From IMG/VR virus record IMGVR_UViG_3300025030_001449, positions 1-64,000 of that record: a DNA stretch of 64,000 nt; one strand, given 5' to 3'. The notes beneath the pieces were generated by a model. The model ran no database searches, was not told the DNA's origin, and worked only from the letters and a program-made list of their open reading frames with translations. The stretch comes from a virus (lineage: Duplodnaviria; Caudoviricetes). How positions within the stretch are numbered: position 1 is the first letter of the stretch; the number at the start of each line of letters is the position of its first letter. Positions 40,687-51,110 of the stretch are shown here, one piece after another. The translations under genes were made by a program, and so were the position numbers.

Positions 40687-40790
40687 GTTTTTAATTATTA
40701 TTTTTATATAAATATTTCATATTCAAATTTATTTTATTATTTCATAATCACCTTCTTTTAAATTGACTTTCTGTAATTATAATTTTCATA

Positions 40791-42203
40791 TTAAATGTAA
40801 GTTATAAAAGGTAACGATAATTCCGTACTTGTTAAACCAGACCAATTATGTAAATCACCCAATGGATTTGAACTTAATATCTGATTATTATTTAATGCGT
40901 TTGACACATCCAAATCAAAATTAATTTTTAATATTCCAATTTCATCGTTTATATTATCTGTTTTTGCTATAAGTGTTAATGGTTTTCTTGATAAATAGTT
41001 TATTGGTGTTGTTCCATTACCAGAATATACAATATTGAATAATCTATTGGTATTATTTGGATTTGAATTATGTTTAATGAAATTTCCCAATAATTTTATT
41101 TCTTCTTGAATCAAATCTCTTTTATAAAATCTTAAATAGTGATTTCTCCATCTTTTTTCTATTTCATCTGGATTTTGAATCTCATCTCCCATTAATTCTT
41201 CTGGATCTTGAAGTATTTCACTTCTTGCTTCAAATATTTTGGGCCCATCAAATCCTGTATCAACTGATGCTGCTGGGATGATAACTCCTCCAGATATATT
41301 AAAATCAACATTTTCCAAGTCCGTATTTCTATAAAATTTTTTTATATTACTAATAATTGGAAATGTGGCAGTAGAAAATACATCTATATCTTGTAAATTT
41401 TGTCCTACATATCCCAATGACCTTGGATATATTATTAATCCTCCCTTACCAGCGCCACCCAATGATAATGTTTCCCCACTTAAATAAGATGATAATGCTA
41501 TTACAAAAGGAGATGGATAATCACTAAAATCAAAACTTGTGGAAAGATATTTATTAATATTAACTGCAGGATTATTTAATATTGTTTGATTTATATTAAA
41601 AAATCTTTTAAAATATTCCGTATCTGATGTTATCCCTTCACCGATTTTAAATTCTATTTCTTTTCTCTCTATGGTTTCCAGATTTGTTGTATTTGAACTG
41701 ACAATAATAGCAATTTCAGAATAAAAGTCTGCAAATGGGGATTTTATTTGTTCGTCATATGTACTGCCAGATTGTCTTCCTTCTGATGATTCTAATAACA
41801 AATACTTAATCATTCTATCCAATTTAACAGTGCAATTTAATTGTTGATAATAAGAAGTATCTCCAGAATTTATATAATCCTCATTTTTTTTAAATTTAAT
41901 TTTCCTGGTCTGTAATTTATTTTCAGAACCTCTCAATATTTTATTTCTTAAACTATTCTCATTAATACTGGAATGAACAGAAAAAACACAGCCACTAAAA
42001 TCTCCCGTTATATTGGGAACGTCTCCAGTAACTAGTGGTTGTGTTCCACCAGACCCCATATAACTATGATCTGGATCACCTAAAGAAAAAGTAGAAATTA
42101 ACATTCTATCAATATCATTAATAAGATATTCTCTTCCCTTTTGAGTTAAAAGAGCATCAATCTCAATTTTAGTAGTTGTTGTTGCACTTGAAATAAATCC
42201 CAT
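40791..42203 (-). CDS. structural protein (LTxxGR..FSxGD N-terminus)
   Basis: N-terminal domain paralogous to 40686 and 43507. Confidence 0.6.
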   Translation of the reverse strand: MGFISSATTTTKIEIDALLTQKGREYLINDIDRMLISTFSLGDPDHSYMGSGGTQPLVTGDVPNITGDFSGCVFSVHSSINENSLRNKILRGSENKLQTRKIKFKKNEDYINSGDTSYYQQLNCTVKLDRMIKYLLLESSEGRQSGSTYDEQIKSPFADFYSEIAIIVSSNTTNLETIERKEIEFKIGEGITSDTEYFKRFFNINQTILNNPAVNINKYLSTSFDFSDYPSPFVIALSSYLSGETLSLGGAGKGGLIIYPRSLGYVGQNLQDIDVFSTATFPIISNIKKFYRNTDLENVDFNISGGVIIPAASVDTGFDGPKIFEARSEILQDPEELMGDEIQNPDEIEKRWRNHYLRFYKRDLIQEEIKLLGNFIKHNSNPNNTNRLFNIVYSGNGTTPINYLSRKPLTLIAKTDNINDEIGILKINFDLDVSNALNNNQILSSNPLGDLHNWSGLTSTELSLPFITYI

Positions 42204-42303
42204 TTAATTATAATTTTTATATAAATATTTGGTTTTCTCATTTATTTTACTTATCTTTGTATTATAATTAACTAAATTTATTAACTTAAAACATTAAAAA
42301 ATT

Positions 42304-42480
42304 ATGAAACTTAAAAATTCCCCTGGCAAAATAAATGAAAGAAGGAAAAAAGTATTGGAAAAACTACAAAACAAAAAAGAACCCAATCAAAAACAGTTAA
42401 AGGAAATCAAAACATTGGAATCAAAAATTGATCCAACCGCTAGAGAAAGAAGAACAAAAAAGAAAAGGGGGAATAAATAA
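42304..42480 (+). CDS. small basic protein (58 aa), absent from ORF track
   Basis: MKLKNSPGKINERRKK...KKKRGNK*; own TATCTTTG promoter at 42252 and leader like the 7031 gene. Confidence 0.65.
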   Translation: MKLKNSPGKINERRKKVLEKLQNKKEPNQKQLKEIKTLESKIDPTARERRTKKKRGNK

Positions 42481-42484
42481 TTAT

Positions 42485-43507
42485 TTAAATTGTTGGATCG
42501 ATTCCTGAAAATTGAGTTATTTCTTTTATAGGATCACCATCAAAATTACTGGAATCTACTTGTTTTGAATTTGGTGGTATTTGCCCAGGTGTATATAATA
42601 TTTTAATTGACCCAGAACACCAAGATTCCAGTCCTTTTCTTGTATTTCCCCCACAAATACTAATTGGTTGAGATATGTTATTTCCTGCTAAACTATTAAC
42701 ATTACTTGTTACTCTGTTGTTATTTAAATAATAAACCCTTCTGAATTGAGAAAAATTATTTTTAACAATGGTCCTGGCATCTTGAACTATAGAATCTAAT
42801 CTTCTTTTTGCTATTATAACATTTGTGTCATTAATTCCAGTTTGTCCTTTGGTATAATATAAAAATAATGGGCCAGTAACAGGACCAAATATAACATTAC
42901 CACCAAAATTCTTTTCACTATAAACGATTAATGTTGTATCAACATCTATAACTACTGCAACTAAAGTAGTTGTCATAGAAATTAAATTTTCAATATTATT
43001 ATATTTACCAGTACCCAGTCCGTTTCCATTAGTTCCTATTGTTTCATATATTCTTCCACCATCAATACTATAATTAAGTGGTTTGGCACCAACCATATCA
43101 AATCCTTGAAAGTGTACACCGCATTTAGTAAATTCAAATATATGAGACCTTGATAAATCAATATTATTTTTATTAACAATTAAAAAACTTGTTTGTTCTC
43201 TTATTTGTGTTGTATTCATACAAGACATTGCTGAAAGTGGTGTACCACTAACACTTGGGCCACTAATACCAGTAATATCTGGTATATTTCCTTCAGTTAA
43301 TATATTGCCAACAATTCCATCAATAACAGGATTTTTAGTTATATCGGGCGGAGTTCCTCCTTTTGCAATTAAATAATTTATATCTGGATCACCAAAACTA
43401 AATTTTTTAACAATAAGACCACTTTTATCATCACCAATAAGATATTTTCTCATATTTTCTGTTAATGATACTTTTAATGTACGAGTATTGGCACTTACAA
43501 ATCCCAT
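42485..43507 (-). CDS. structural protein (FSFGDPD N-terminus)
   Basis: N-terminus paralogous to 42203. Confidence 0.6.
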   Translation of the reverse strand: MGFVSANTRTLKVSLTENMRKYLIGDDKSGLIVKKFSFGDPDINYLIAKGGTPPDITKNPVIDGIVGNILTEGNIPDITGISGPSVSGTPLSAMSCMNTTQIREQTSFLIVNKNNIDLSRSHIFEFTKCGVHFQGFDMVGAKPLNYSIDGGRIYETIGTNGNGLGTGKYNNIENLISMTTTLVAVVIDVDTTLIVYSEKNFGGNVIFGPVTGPLFLYYTKGQTGINDTNVIIAKRRLDSIVQDARTIVKNNFSQFRRVYYLNNNRVTSNVNSLAGNNISQPISICGGNTRKGLESWCSGSIKILYTPGQIPPNSKQVDSSNFDGDPIKEITQFSGIDPTI

Positions 43508-43511
43508 TTGT

Positions 43512-44036
43512 TTAATTTTTTAATATTTCATAATTATCTTTTTTATCACTCCACATATGAAATTTTCCCTTAATATTATAAAACTCATAAGGAAAATGTT
43601 CCATCCAGTATGTTTCCTTTCCAAAATATACATTTATAACATTATTTGTGAAATTAACAGAATGAATATCAAAATAAAAAATTGAATCTAACCATATATT
43701 ACCTTTATTATTAAATATAATATTATTTCCCATTTTTTTGAGGAAAAGTAAAGTTACAGAACCTTTATTATTAAATTCAATATTATTTCCCATTCCTTTA
43801 AGAAATTTTAAATTTACATGACTATTATTATTAAACTCAACATTATCTGGAATATATGTTATTAATTTAGAATTTATATACTCACCACCAATAATAATTT
43901 TATTATTATCCTTTATTTTATAAGAAACGTTTTCCTTATCTAAAATATCAATAAATTCTTGTCTTTTAATATCTGATTCTAAAATAATATTTTCAATTAA
44001 TTTTTTAAATTGACTTTCTGTAATTATTATTTTCAT
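43512..44036 (-). CDS. MKIIITESQ-leader repeat protein, paralog 2
   Basis: 20-aa repeats x3. Confidence 0.8.
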   Translation of the reverse strand: MKIIITESQFKKLIENIILESDIKRQEFIDILDKENVSYKIKDNNKIIIGGEYINSKLITYIPDNVEFNNNSHVNLKFLKGMGNNIEFNNKGSVTLLFLKKMGNNIIFNNKGNIWLDSIFYFDIHSVNFTNNVINVYFGKETYWMEHFPYEFYNIKGKFHMWSDKKDNYEILKN

Positions 44037-44053
44037 ATTTTTATATAAATATC

Positions 44054-46564
44054 CTAGTATTTATTAATAATTGCATCGTTTGTATCAGTCTGGACTATTC
44101 TGCTAAAAGTAGTAGCAGAAATAACTTGATTTTTTAAATTTGTAAAATGTTTTTCGTTTGTTATTCTATAAATAAAAGTTTGATTATTCCCACTAATACT
44201 GGGGAGTGTAACACTGTATGTACTAGTATTGGCACTATAATTTGTTGTTGCGCTATAATGAACATTTCCAGTAAATGTAAATCCAGTATTTGTTGATGCC
44301 ACCAAATTCACTATAAATTTTCCTTTATTATCTATTGTTTTAGGAACAAACCAATCTATTTCTGGTGTTCTTGTGGTAAGTGAACCCTGAACTATTGTAT
44401 TTCCTGTTATTCCACTAAACGTATATCTTGGTTTAAGATAATATGCCAGTATTATATCATTTAATTCTAAAGTTGTTTGATTTAAAAATATTATTCTTGT
44501 TGCAAGCGATGACGATAAACCATAATCTTTTTTTGGTGTTAATTTAGCACCATTTAATATAACGCTTAAACTATTTTCATCTCCCACCTCAATATCAGTA
44601 TAATATTCATATATATTTTCTGTTGTATTAAAATATACTTTATTTGATGATTGCGCGCCAGTTGCTCCACTTATTATTGCTGCTGTAATCTGGTGTTGTT
44701 CGACATGAAATGCTTGTGCCAAACCAGTTCCTCTAACATATGAGGCAGTTATTGTATCTCCAGATTCATCATATATTTTATCTGTTAAATCAACAATTCT
44801 TTTATCCGCAAGCGTTGTGTTTATACTGGCACCAGTCCATTCATTACCAGGTTTTAAGGTTAAACCATTAACATTTACCTGGACATCTCCTAATGGTGAA
44901 TTAGATAATGTAAATCTTGTTTGTCCTCCTGCACCAATATCAAATTTTTCATGGACATAAGTTACTGTTGCAGCAGATGCCAGATCAGCAAAAGTAAATA
45001 CTGGTTCATCTGGACTTTTTAATGAAACAAAATATTCATCATATGTATCATCATATATTCTATAAGGTAAATTATTATTTAATACACTTCCAGTATTAAT
45101 TGTTATTCCTGTTAAACCCGATAATATAGTATTATCAAAAAAATAATCAACAAATCCTTTATATTGATTTTTATATTTATTTAAAGTAAAATCTTCATAT
45201 AAATTAAATTTATTTCTATTTTTTATTATTTCATTTTTATTTTCAAAGCTAAGAGTTTTACCAGTCAATACATCAGCAGTAATATTAAATTTAGGTTTTA
45301 TAATATATTCACCTTTATCTTCTAAATTTGAATTTGGTATTGAATCTATTATTGTCGGACTACTCCCTGTAAATCCAGAATATGGCAATTCTTTTTCATA
45401 TATTAATTTGTCAAATGCCCCGGTATATATATTTATTTTTCCCCCCATATTACTATCAAATTCACTTGAATAATAAACTGTATCTGGGGTTGTTATATTT
45501 GGTTCAAATATTAATTTTCCATTTTCAATAAAATTTTCTGATATACCACTAGTTACAGCACTTAATCCCATCCCAAAAGAGGACTTTGAAATATAAAATG
45601 GATGGTTTTCTGCATCAATATTAAAAGTATATTTATTTCCTCTATATAATTTTAATTCTTTACCTTCAATACCATCAACAATATAACTTAAAGTATCTGC
45701 AGATACTCTTGGAAATGATGTGGCTGTTGTTGCACTAAATTTTATGGGAAAATTAGTATCATCTAATTTATATGGAGGTGGTGTTGCTAATCTTTGCGTA
45801 GTATTTCCATAAGTATTTCCCTCTTTTACAAATATTTCCACACCCTCTATAATATCTGAAGTTTCATCCCAATCGGGCGTTCTTTTTAATGAAGATAATT
45901 CACCAACAGTATTAGCTATATATATTCCATTTTGACTTGATGTTGTTTGAGATCTGACAAGTACCCTATCTCCACTTAATAAAGTTTTGCCATTAAATGC
46001 AGCATTTCCAGAACCTACTGATGCAAGATTTATAATATTAGATACTGTTGCAACTCTTACATCTGATTTAAATGATAAAAATAACGGATGTTTAGATGTT
46101 TTTGAATTTACCTTTACATTATATGTTAATTTTGGATCAACATAATCTTTATTATATTTATAAACTTCATAACTCAATATATTTTTAGTTGTTGCAGTAG
46201 TACCAAATGATGTACTATCATAATAATTAAAATCTAAAAATTGAGTATTACCAGTGAAAATAAAATTAATACTTTTACCAGTAAATGCTGTCATATTATA
46301 TGGAAAAAATCCTTTGCTTGTTCCTGATATTGAATCTGTTATTCCGCTAGCAATCTTTGTTCCACCAGAAATATCATATCCCTGGGTTAGAACATCAAAT
46401 TCAACAATATTTGATAATAATTGAAAGTCTGGTTTTTTTGTTGCTAATTTTTGTCCAGATATTGGATTCATACCAGAACCACCCATATCCCCACTCACAA
46501 TAGAAAACTCATCAGTTTCTATTGTTCTTTGTCCCATTCCTAACTTACCAACTATAGTTCCCAT
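44054..46564 (-). CDS. multidomain virion fibre/decoration protein
   Basis: VRVAT..GDRVLV..Q..QNGIY domain; cupredoxin-like module; V..NG.L....DY Ig-like modules. Confidence 0.65.
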   Translation of the reverse strand: MGTIVGKLGMGQRTIETDEFSIVSGDMGGSGMNPISGQKLATKKPDFQLLSNIVEFDVLTQGYDISGGTKIASGITDSISGTSKGFFPYNMTAFTGKSINFIFTGNTQFLDFNYYDSTSFGTTATTKNILSYEVYKYNKDYVDPKLTYNVKVNSKTSKHPLFLSFKSDVRVATVSNIINLASVGSGNAAFNGKTLLSGDRVLVRSQTTSSQNGIYIANTVGELSSLKRTPDWDETSDIIEGVEIFVKEGNTYGNTTQRLATPPPYKLDDTNFPIKFSATTATSFPRVSADTLSYIVDGIEGKELKLYRGNKYTFNIDAENHPFYISKSSFGMGLSAVTSGISENFIENGKLIFEPNITTPDTVYYSSEFDSNMGGKINIYTGAFDKLIYEKELPYSGFTGSSPTIIDSIPNSNLEDKGEYIIKPKFNITADVLTGKTLSFENKNEIIKNRNKFNLYEDFTLNKYKNQYKGFVDYFFDNTILSGLTGITINTGSVLNNNLPYRIYDDTYDEYFVSLKSPDEPVFTFADLASAATVTYVHEKFDIGAGGQTRFTLSNSPLGDVQVNVNGLTLKPGNEWTGASINTTLADKRIVDLTDKIYDESGDTITASYVRGTGLAQAFHVEQHQITAAIISGATGAQSSNKVYFNTTENIYEYYTDIEVGDENSLSVILNGAKLTPKKDYGLSSSLATRIIFLNQTTLELNDIILAYYLKPRYTFSGITGNTIVQGSLTTRTPEIDWFVPKTIDNKGKFIVNLVASTNTGFTFTGNVHYSATTNYSANTSTYSVTLPSISGNNQTFIYRITNEKHFTNLKNQVISATTFSRIVQTDTNDAIINKY

Positions 46565-46565
46565 T

Positions 46566-47147
46566 TTATTTTATTATTTCCCATTCATCTTTTTTATCAT
46601 TCCACATTTTAAAATTTCCTTTAATATTATATATCTGATAAGGAAATTCATTCATCCAGAATAATTCTTTTCCAAAATATACATCCCCAACATTATTTGT
46701 GAAATTAACGGAATTAATGTTAAACCATATAATTGAAGTTAACCATACATTATCTTTATTATTAAATATAATATTATTTCCCACCCCTTTAAGAAAAGGG
46801 AAATATACATAACCATCATTATTAAACTTAATATTATTTCCCATTTCTTTAAGAGAAGGTAAATCTACATAACCATTATTATTAAACACAATATTATTTC
46901 CCACCCCTTTAAGAAAAGGGAAATATACATAATCATCATTATTAAACACAACATTATCTGGAATATATGTTATTAATTTAGAATATATATTCTTACCACC
47001 AATAATAATCTTATTGTCATTATTTATTTCATAAGAAATATTTTCCTGATTTAATATATCAATAAATTCTTTTCTTTTTGAATCTGATTCTAAAATAATA
47101 TTTTCAATTAATCTTTTAAATTGACTTTCTGTGATTATTATTTTCAT
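46566..47147 (-). CDS. MKIIITESQ-leader repeat protein, paralog 3
   Basis: 20-aa repeats x4; 42 bp identical at 120-bp spacing. Confidence 0.8.
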   Translation of the reverse strand: MKIIITESQFKRLIENIILESDSKRKEFIDILNQENISYEINNDNKIIIGGKNIYSKLITYIPDNVVFNNDDYVYFPFLKGVGNNIVFNNNGYVDLPSLKEMGNNIKFNNDGYVYFPFLKGVGNNIIFNNKDNVWLTSIIWFNINSVNFTNNVGDVYFGKELFWMNEFPYQIYNIKGNFKMWNDKKDEWEIIK

Positions 47148-47148
47148 A

Positions 47149-49626
47149 TTAATCTATATGTTTACTTGAAAAGTTTGATTGCCAAAATCCTTCAGTATCA
47201 ACCAATGTCCCAGTATTTCCTTCTCTAACTGGTATATTCTTTCCTTCTATACAAAAAGTACATATTGAACCACTAATATCTTTTGGTTGATCTTCTTGAA
47301 ATTCTGATCCATCATTTATTCCATGCCTATAAACAAATTTTTGTCTGTTAAATACTGTATTTCTATATCTTTCACCGTTTTCCCATATTGTTGTTGATGG
47401 GATTAACTGATCAATTAAATCAAACCAATAATTTTCCAATAAATCAATATATTTAATTACCTTTGGTACATTTAATGCTTTACTTTGTAAATTACCTTCA
47501 GTTTGACTTCTGTAATAATAATCAAAATAAAGTTTTCTTAATGTGGGATATCCACCACCCTTATTATCTGAAATTACTTTTCTGTTTTTTACATCAATAA
47601 AATGAGAATATATTTTATTTATATATTGTGCAAAACTTAAATTGGCAACATTAAATTTTGTATATTTATCATCAGGATATGGATATGTTCTACCAGTGGG
47701 AGAAACTGGATAATCAAAAGATAATTTATTATAATTATAAACATCACATTCTATTGCTTTTGCAACATCCAAATTCATATCAACTTCTTTTGTGTTTAAT
47801 ATTAATTCACTTCTTCCAGAATAATCTGCTTGTCTTGTTAAACTTCTATTATAAACTCTATGTTCATTATCTTTAGTTGAATAAACCCATGATTTTTTAT
47901 CATCTGGTACTTTATTAAGTTGAAATCCTGCTAATATATATGGTTCAAAGTAAGATTGTCCCCCATCATATGGTCCAAGATGAATTCCAACTGATTGATC
48001 TTTTTTGCCTAAAACATCAATTTCTTCTCTCCATCTTCCAAATTGTTGAAAATAATAATCTGGTTTATTCTCAGGTATTGCAGGAAATCCCTCATCATCA
48101 AAAAAATCTGTTAATCCAGATAATGATTGATCGTTTGGATTTATTTTACCAGAGACAAGATAAACATGTTCATTTATATCAATTAAACAATCTGGGGCCC
48201 CAATAAATTTAAGTAAAAATTCCAATACTTTTCTTGTCCCTTTTGATTTAAATAACCAATTAGTATTTAATACAATTCTTCTCCATAATTCAATATCCAT
48301 CTCAGCTGGCGTGAAATTTTTTGAATGACCACTAAAAGATATTCTACTACTTGTTTTACCTAAAAATGAAGTTAATAAATCTTCTTCTCCAACACTTTTT
48401 AAAACCCCCCATCCTAATGTTTTTGCTAAATTTTTAACTAATTGATCTGGAATATTTTCTTTTTTATCATAAGTAATTCTATTGGCAAATGCAAGACCAT
48501 CAATAAATGTTTTAACCTCATCAAATTCTCTACCATAAATTTTTAATAGTTTATCTATTTTTCCATCAGGAGTATCAAATTCTTTAAGCGCTGTTGTTGT
48601 AAAAAACCTTGCAACTAAATTTGTTTTATATGCGTCTTGCTTATCTGCCAGTAACAATAAACTTTCCAAATAATCTTTATAATTGTCTGTATCAATATCT
48701 AAATTATATCCATCTTTTACTGGCCAAGTAAATTGTTTGTTGATTAATACAATTCTACCACTTTCAGTTTCTATTGGGTCTTGAAATTCTGCAGTAAATT
48801 TTGGTTTTACTTCTCTGTTTAAAACATAACTTTCAAAATTACCTAAACCATTAAAAAATTCTTCAACATGTTGATATCTGGGTTTTATGTGATAAGTTGT
48901 TGATAGTGTAGTAGTTGTACCAGTAATGGAGGGAAAAACATTTCCTTTTGTTTTAAACCATAAATTTTTATCTGTGTCTGTACTTCCTGTAAATGAAATA
49001 ACATCAAATTCTTTATTATTACTATTTAAAACAGAATATCTTTTAAAATATTTTTTAATATTTTTAAAATTCTTTTCAGATTTGAAATCCGTTAAATTTG
49101 ATAAAGAATCAAAGGTTTCCAATGATTTTGAATCTTCTCTATAAATTAATTGAAATTTATTCTCAATAAAATCTGTGGGGGTTCTAAATGTTGCCTCATC
49201 TAATGTCTGATTATAAGAATAATTTAAAACAGTATTTTTTGTTTCTGTATTCTGGATATTATTTAGATATAATGCACCAGGGAATTTAAGTATAATTTCA
49301 GAAAGTGATACTCTAATAAATTCTCTGAGTGAACCAAAATAAGCATAATTTGATATATTACTTCTATCAATATTAAGAACTACATCTATATTATTTGAAA
49401 GTAGGGTTTTAGCTTCTTTTACATCATTTAATTTTAATGATTCTAATGTGATAGCAGTTGAAAAAATTCCAAGTTTCCCCTCATATTTTTTAGATACTTT
49501 GGGAGATAAATCTGTGGTTGTGGAAAAATTACCAATCTGTGATATTATACTACCTTCTGTAACTTTAAAATTAATTAAATTTGAATTATCAATATTTTTT
49601 CCTACTATCTTTGTCTTTTTTGCCAT
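47149..49626 (-). CDS. baseplate wedge-like structural protein
   Basis: P.QLV..LA..LGW...WRRI...KSKGTRK..E motif typical of wedge (gpI/gp7-like) proteins. Confidence 0.6.
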   Translation of the reverse strand: MAKKTKIVGKNIDNSNLINFKVTEGSIISQIGNFSTTTDLSPKVSKKYEGKLGIFSTAITLESLKLNDVKEAKTLLSNNIDVVLNIDRSNISNYAYFGSLREFIRVSLSEIILKFPGALYLNNIQNTETKNTVLNYSYNQTLDEATFRTPTDFIENKFQLIYREDSKSLETFDSLSNLTDFKSEKNFKNIKKYFKRYSVLNSNNKEFDVISFTGSTDTDKNLWFKTKGNVFPSITGTTTTLSTTYHIKPRYQHVEEFFNGLGNFESYVLNREVKPKFTAEFQDPIETESGRIVLINKQFTWPVKDGYNLDIDTDNYKDYLESLLLLADKQDAYKTNLVARFFTTTALKEFDTPDGKIDKLLKIYGREFDEVKTFIDGLAFANRITYDKKENIPDQLVKNLAKTLGWGVLKSVGEEDLLTSFLGKTSSRISFSGHSKNFTPAEMDIELWRRIVLNTNWLFKSKGTRKVLEFLLKFIGAPDCLIDINEHVYLVSGKINPNDQSLSGLTDFFDDEGFPAIPENKPDYYFQQFGRWREEIDVLGKKDQSVGIHLGPYDGGQSYFEPYILAGFQLNKVPDDKKSWVYSTKDNEHRVYNRSLTRQADYSGRSELILNTKEVDMNLDVAKAIECDVYNYNKLSFDYPVSPTGRTYPYPDDKYTKFNVANLSFAQYINKIYSHFIDVKNRKVISDNKGGGYPTLRKLYFDYYYRSQTEGNLQSKALNVPKVIKYIDLLENYWFDLIDQLIPSTTIWENGERYRNTVFNRQKFVYRHGINDGSEFQEDQPKDISGSICTFCIEGKNIPVREGNTGTLVDTEGFWQSNFSSKHID

Positions 49627-49713
49627 TTATCTAAAAGTATATTTTTTATATAAATATTTGATTTATCAAAAAACTAATTAAATATTCAATATGAGTTGAA
49701 AAACAAAAACTTA

Positions 49714-50154
49714 TTATTTAACCAAAACTAAAACAGTCAAAATCCCCACACCAACTATTAATACTTTATTGAAAAAAACATTTCTATTTAATTTCTTTTC
49801 AATTTTCTTATTCTTATCAGTTAATTCACTTACAATTCCATCTTTTTCATTTATAATTTTACCTTTTAGTATTAATTGTTCTTTTAAATTATTTATAAGT
49901 TCCTTATCTTGAATAATAACTAATTCATAGTCAGATACTTGTCTATTTAAAGAATCAGTAAGTTCTTTATATTTATCTTTTTCTAATTTTAATACATTTA
50001 ATTTTTTAACCTGGTCAATAGTTAACAATAATAAAGTATCATTATTCTCACTAATATACAATTTAGGATACTCATTACTGGTTAATCCAGGTTGAGAAAT
50101 ACTTAATTGTGCTATCAGTAGAAAGATTATTAATATCAGAAATTTTCTTATCAT
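49714..50154 (-). CDS. signal peptide + coiled coil + C-terminal TM protein (spanin-like candidate)
   Basis: hydrophobic termini; overlaps upstream gene by 80 bp. Confidence 0.45.
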   Translation of the reverse strand: MIRKFLILIIFLLIAQLSISQPGLTSNEYPKLYISENNDTLLLLTIDQVKKLNVLKLEKDKYKELTDSLNRQVSDYELVIIQDKELINNLKEQLILKGKIINEKDGIVSELTDKNKKIEKKLNRNVFFNKVLIVGVGILTVLVLVK

Positions 50155-50419
50155 AATTTTTATATATTATTTTTATATTTTCTTTTCTTGTTTCGATATT
50201 AAAAAGTGAACTATCTCTTTGTTTTTCCAAAATATTATAAATGGAATCCTTTTCATTTATTTGTTTTTCTAATAATTTTATTTTTTCTTCTTGTTTTGAT
50301 ATCTCAATATCATATTTATCATATTTTGGATTATACTTATATAAGAAAAAATATCCCAAAGCACACATCCCAATAATAACTAAAATATATTTAGCGTCTT
50401 TATTTAATTCAATTTTCAT
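50075..50419 (-). CDS. N-terminal TM coiled-coil protein (i-spanin-like candidate)
   Basis: one TM helix followed by coiled coil. Confidence 0.45.
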   Translation of the reverse strand: MKIELNKDAKYILVIIGMCALGYFFLYKYNPKYDKYDIEISKQEEKIKLLEKQINEKDSIYNILEKQRDSSLFNIETRKENIKIIYKNYDKKISDINNLSTDSTIKYFSTWINQ

Positions 50420-51065
50420 TATTTTTAACCCAATTTAACTTATTACTTTTTTGTCTATTATCTTCAGTACTTAATGGTTGTAAATTTGTCCAATGAAAAC
50501 ATTTTTTTTGTTCCTCTTCAATTGAAAAATTAAAGGAACTACAAGGTATGATATGGTCTACTTCCCAGTATGAACCATAGTTATCCCAACTCATACTTTC
50601 ATCAAATTGATTTTCCAAATATATTTTTAAATCTTTGATTGAAGATCCAATTAAATTAATAGTTGAATTTGACTTTATATTTCTTTTTAATGCATTACTT
50701 AATCTGTTCCGTAGGTTATATGTTAATTTGAAGGTGGGATCTTCTTTTCTTCTTTTTTTATTATAATTTTTATTTCTTTCTTTTACTTTATCAAGGTTGT
50801 TCAAATAATATTTTTTATTATAATCTGGATTATTTTCCTTCCATTTTTTCTTAATTTCTTTATTTTTTTCAGGATTATTCAATACCCATTTTTTACGTTT
50901 TTCTTTTAATTTTTCAGGGTTATTTAAATAATATTTTTTATTTATTTCTTTAATGCAATTTTTGCAAGTATTAAAATAACAACCCTTCGTTTTATTATAA
51001 TAATAATCTTCAATTGGTTTTTCAACATCACACTTAATACATTGTTTTAATCCACTATTATACAT
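50409..51065 (-). CDS. HNH homing endonuclease
   Basis: CIKC..CKNC; NLRNRL; WEVDHIIP..HWTNLQPL..DN..K.N. Confidence 0.85.
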   Translation of the reverse strand: MYNSGLKQCIKCDVEKPIEDYYYNKTKGCYFNTCKNCIKEINKKYYLNNPEKLKEKRKKWVLNNPEKNKEIKKKWKENNPDYNKKYYLNNLDKVKERNKNYNKKRRKEDPTFKLTYNLRNRLSNALKRNIKSNSTINLIGSSIKDLKIYLENQFDESMSWDNYGSYWEVDHIIPCSSFNFSIEEEQKKCFHWTNLQPLSTEDNRQKSNKLNWVKNNEN

Positions 51066-51110
51066 AATTTATTTTTTCCTTTTTACGTTATTTAATTCAA
51101 TTTTCATATT

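Noticed and set aside
46740-46960. CRISPR-like periodic repeats
   Set aside because: 60-bp in-frame coding repeats without unique spacers; no cas genes. The same applies to 30680-31370
36903-47147. Diversity-generating retroelement behind the Asn-rich paralogs
   Set aside because: No reverse transcriptase or non-coding template in the window; differences are not adenine-restricted and include repeat-number changes
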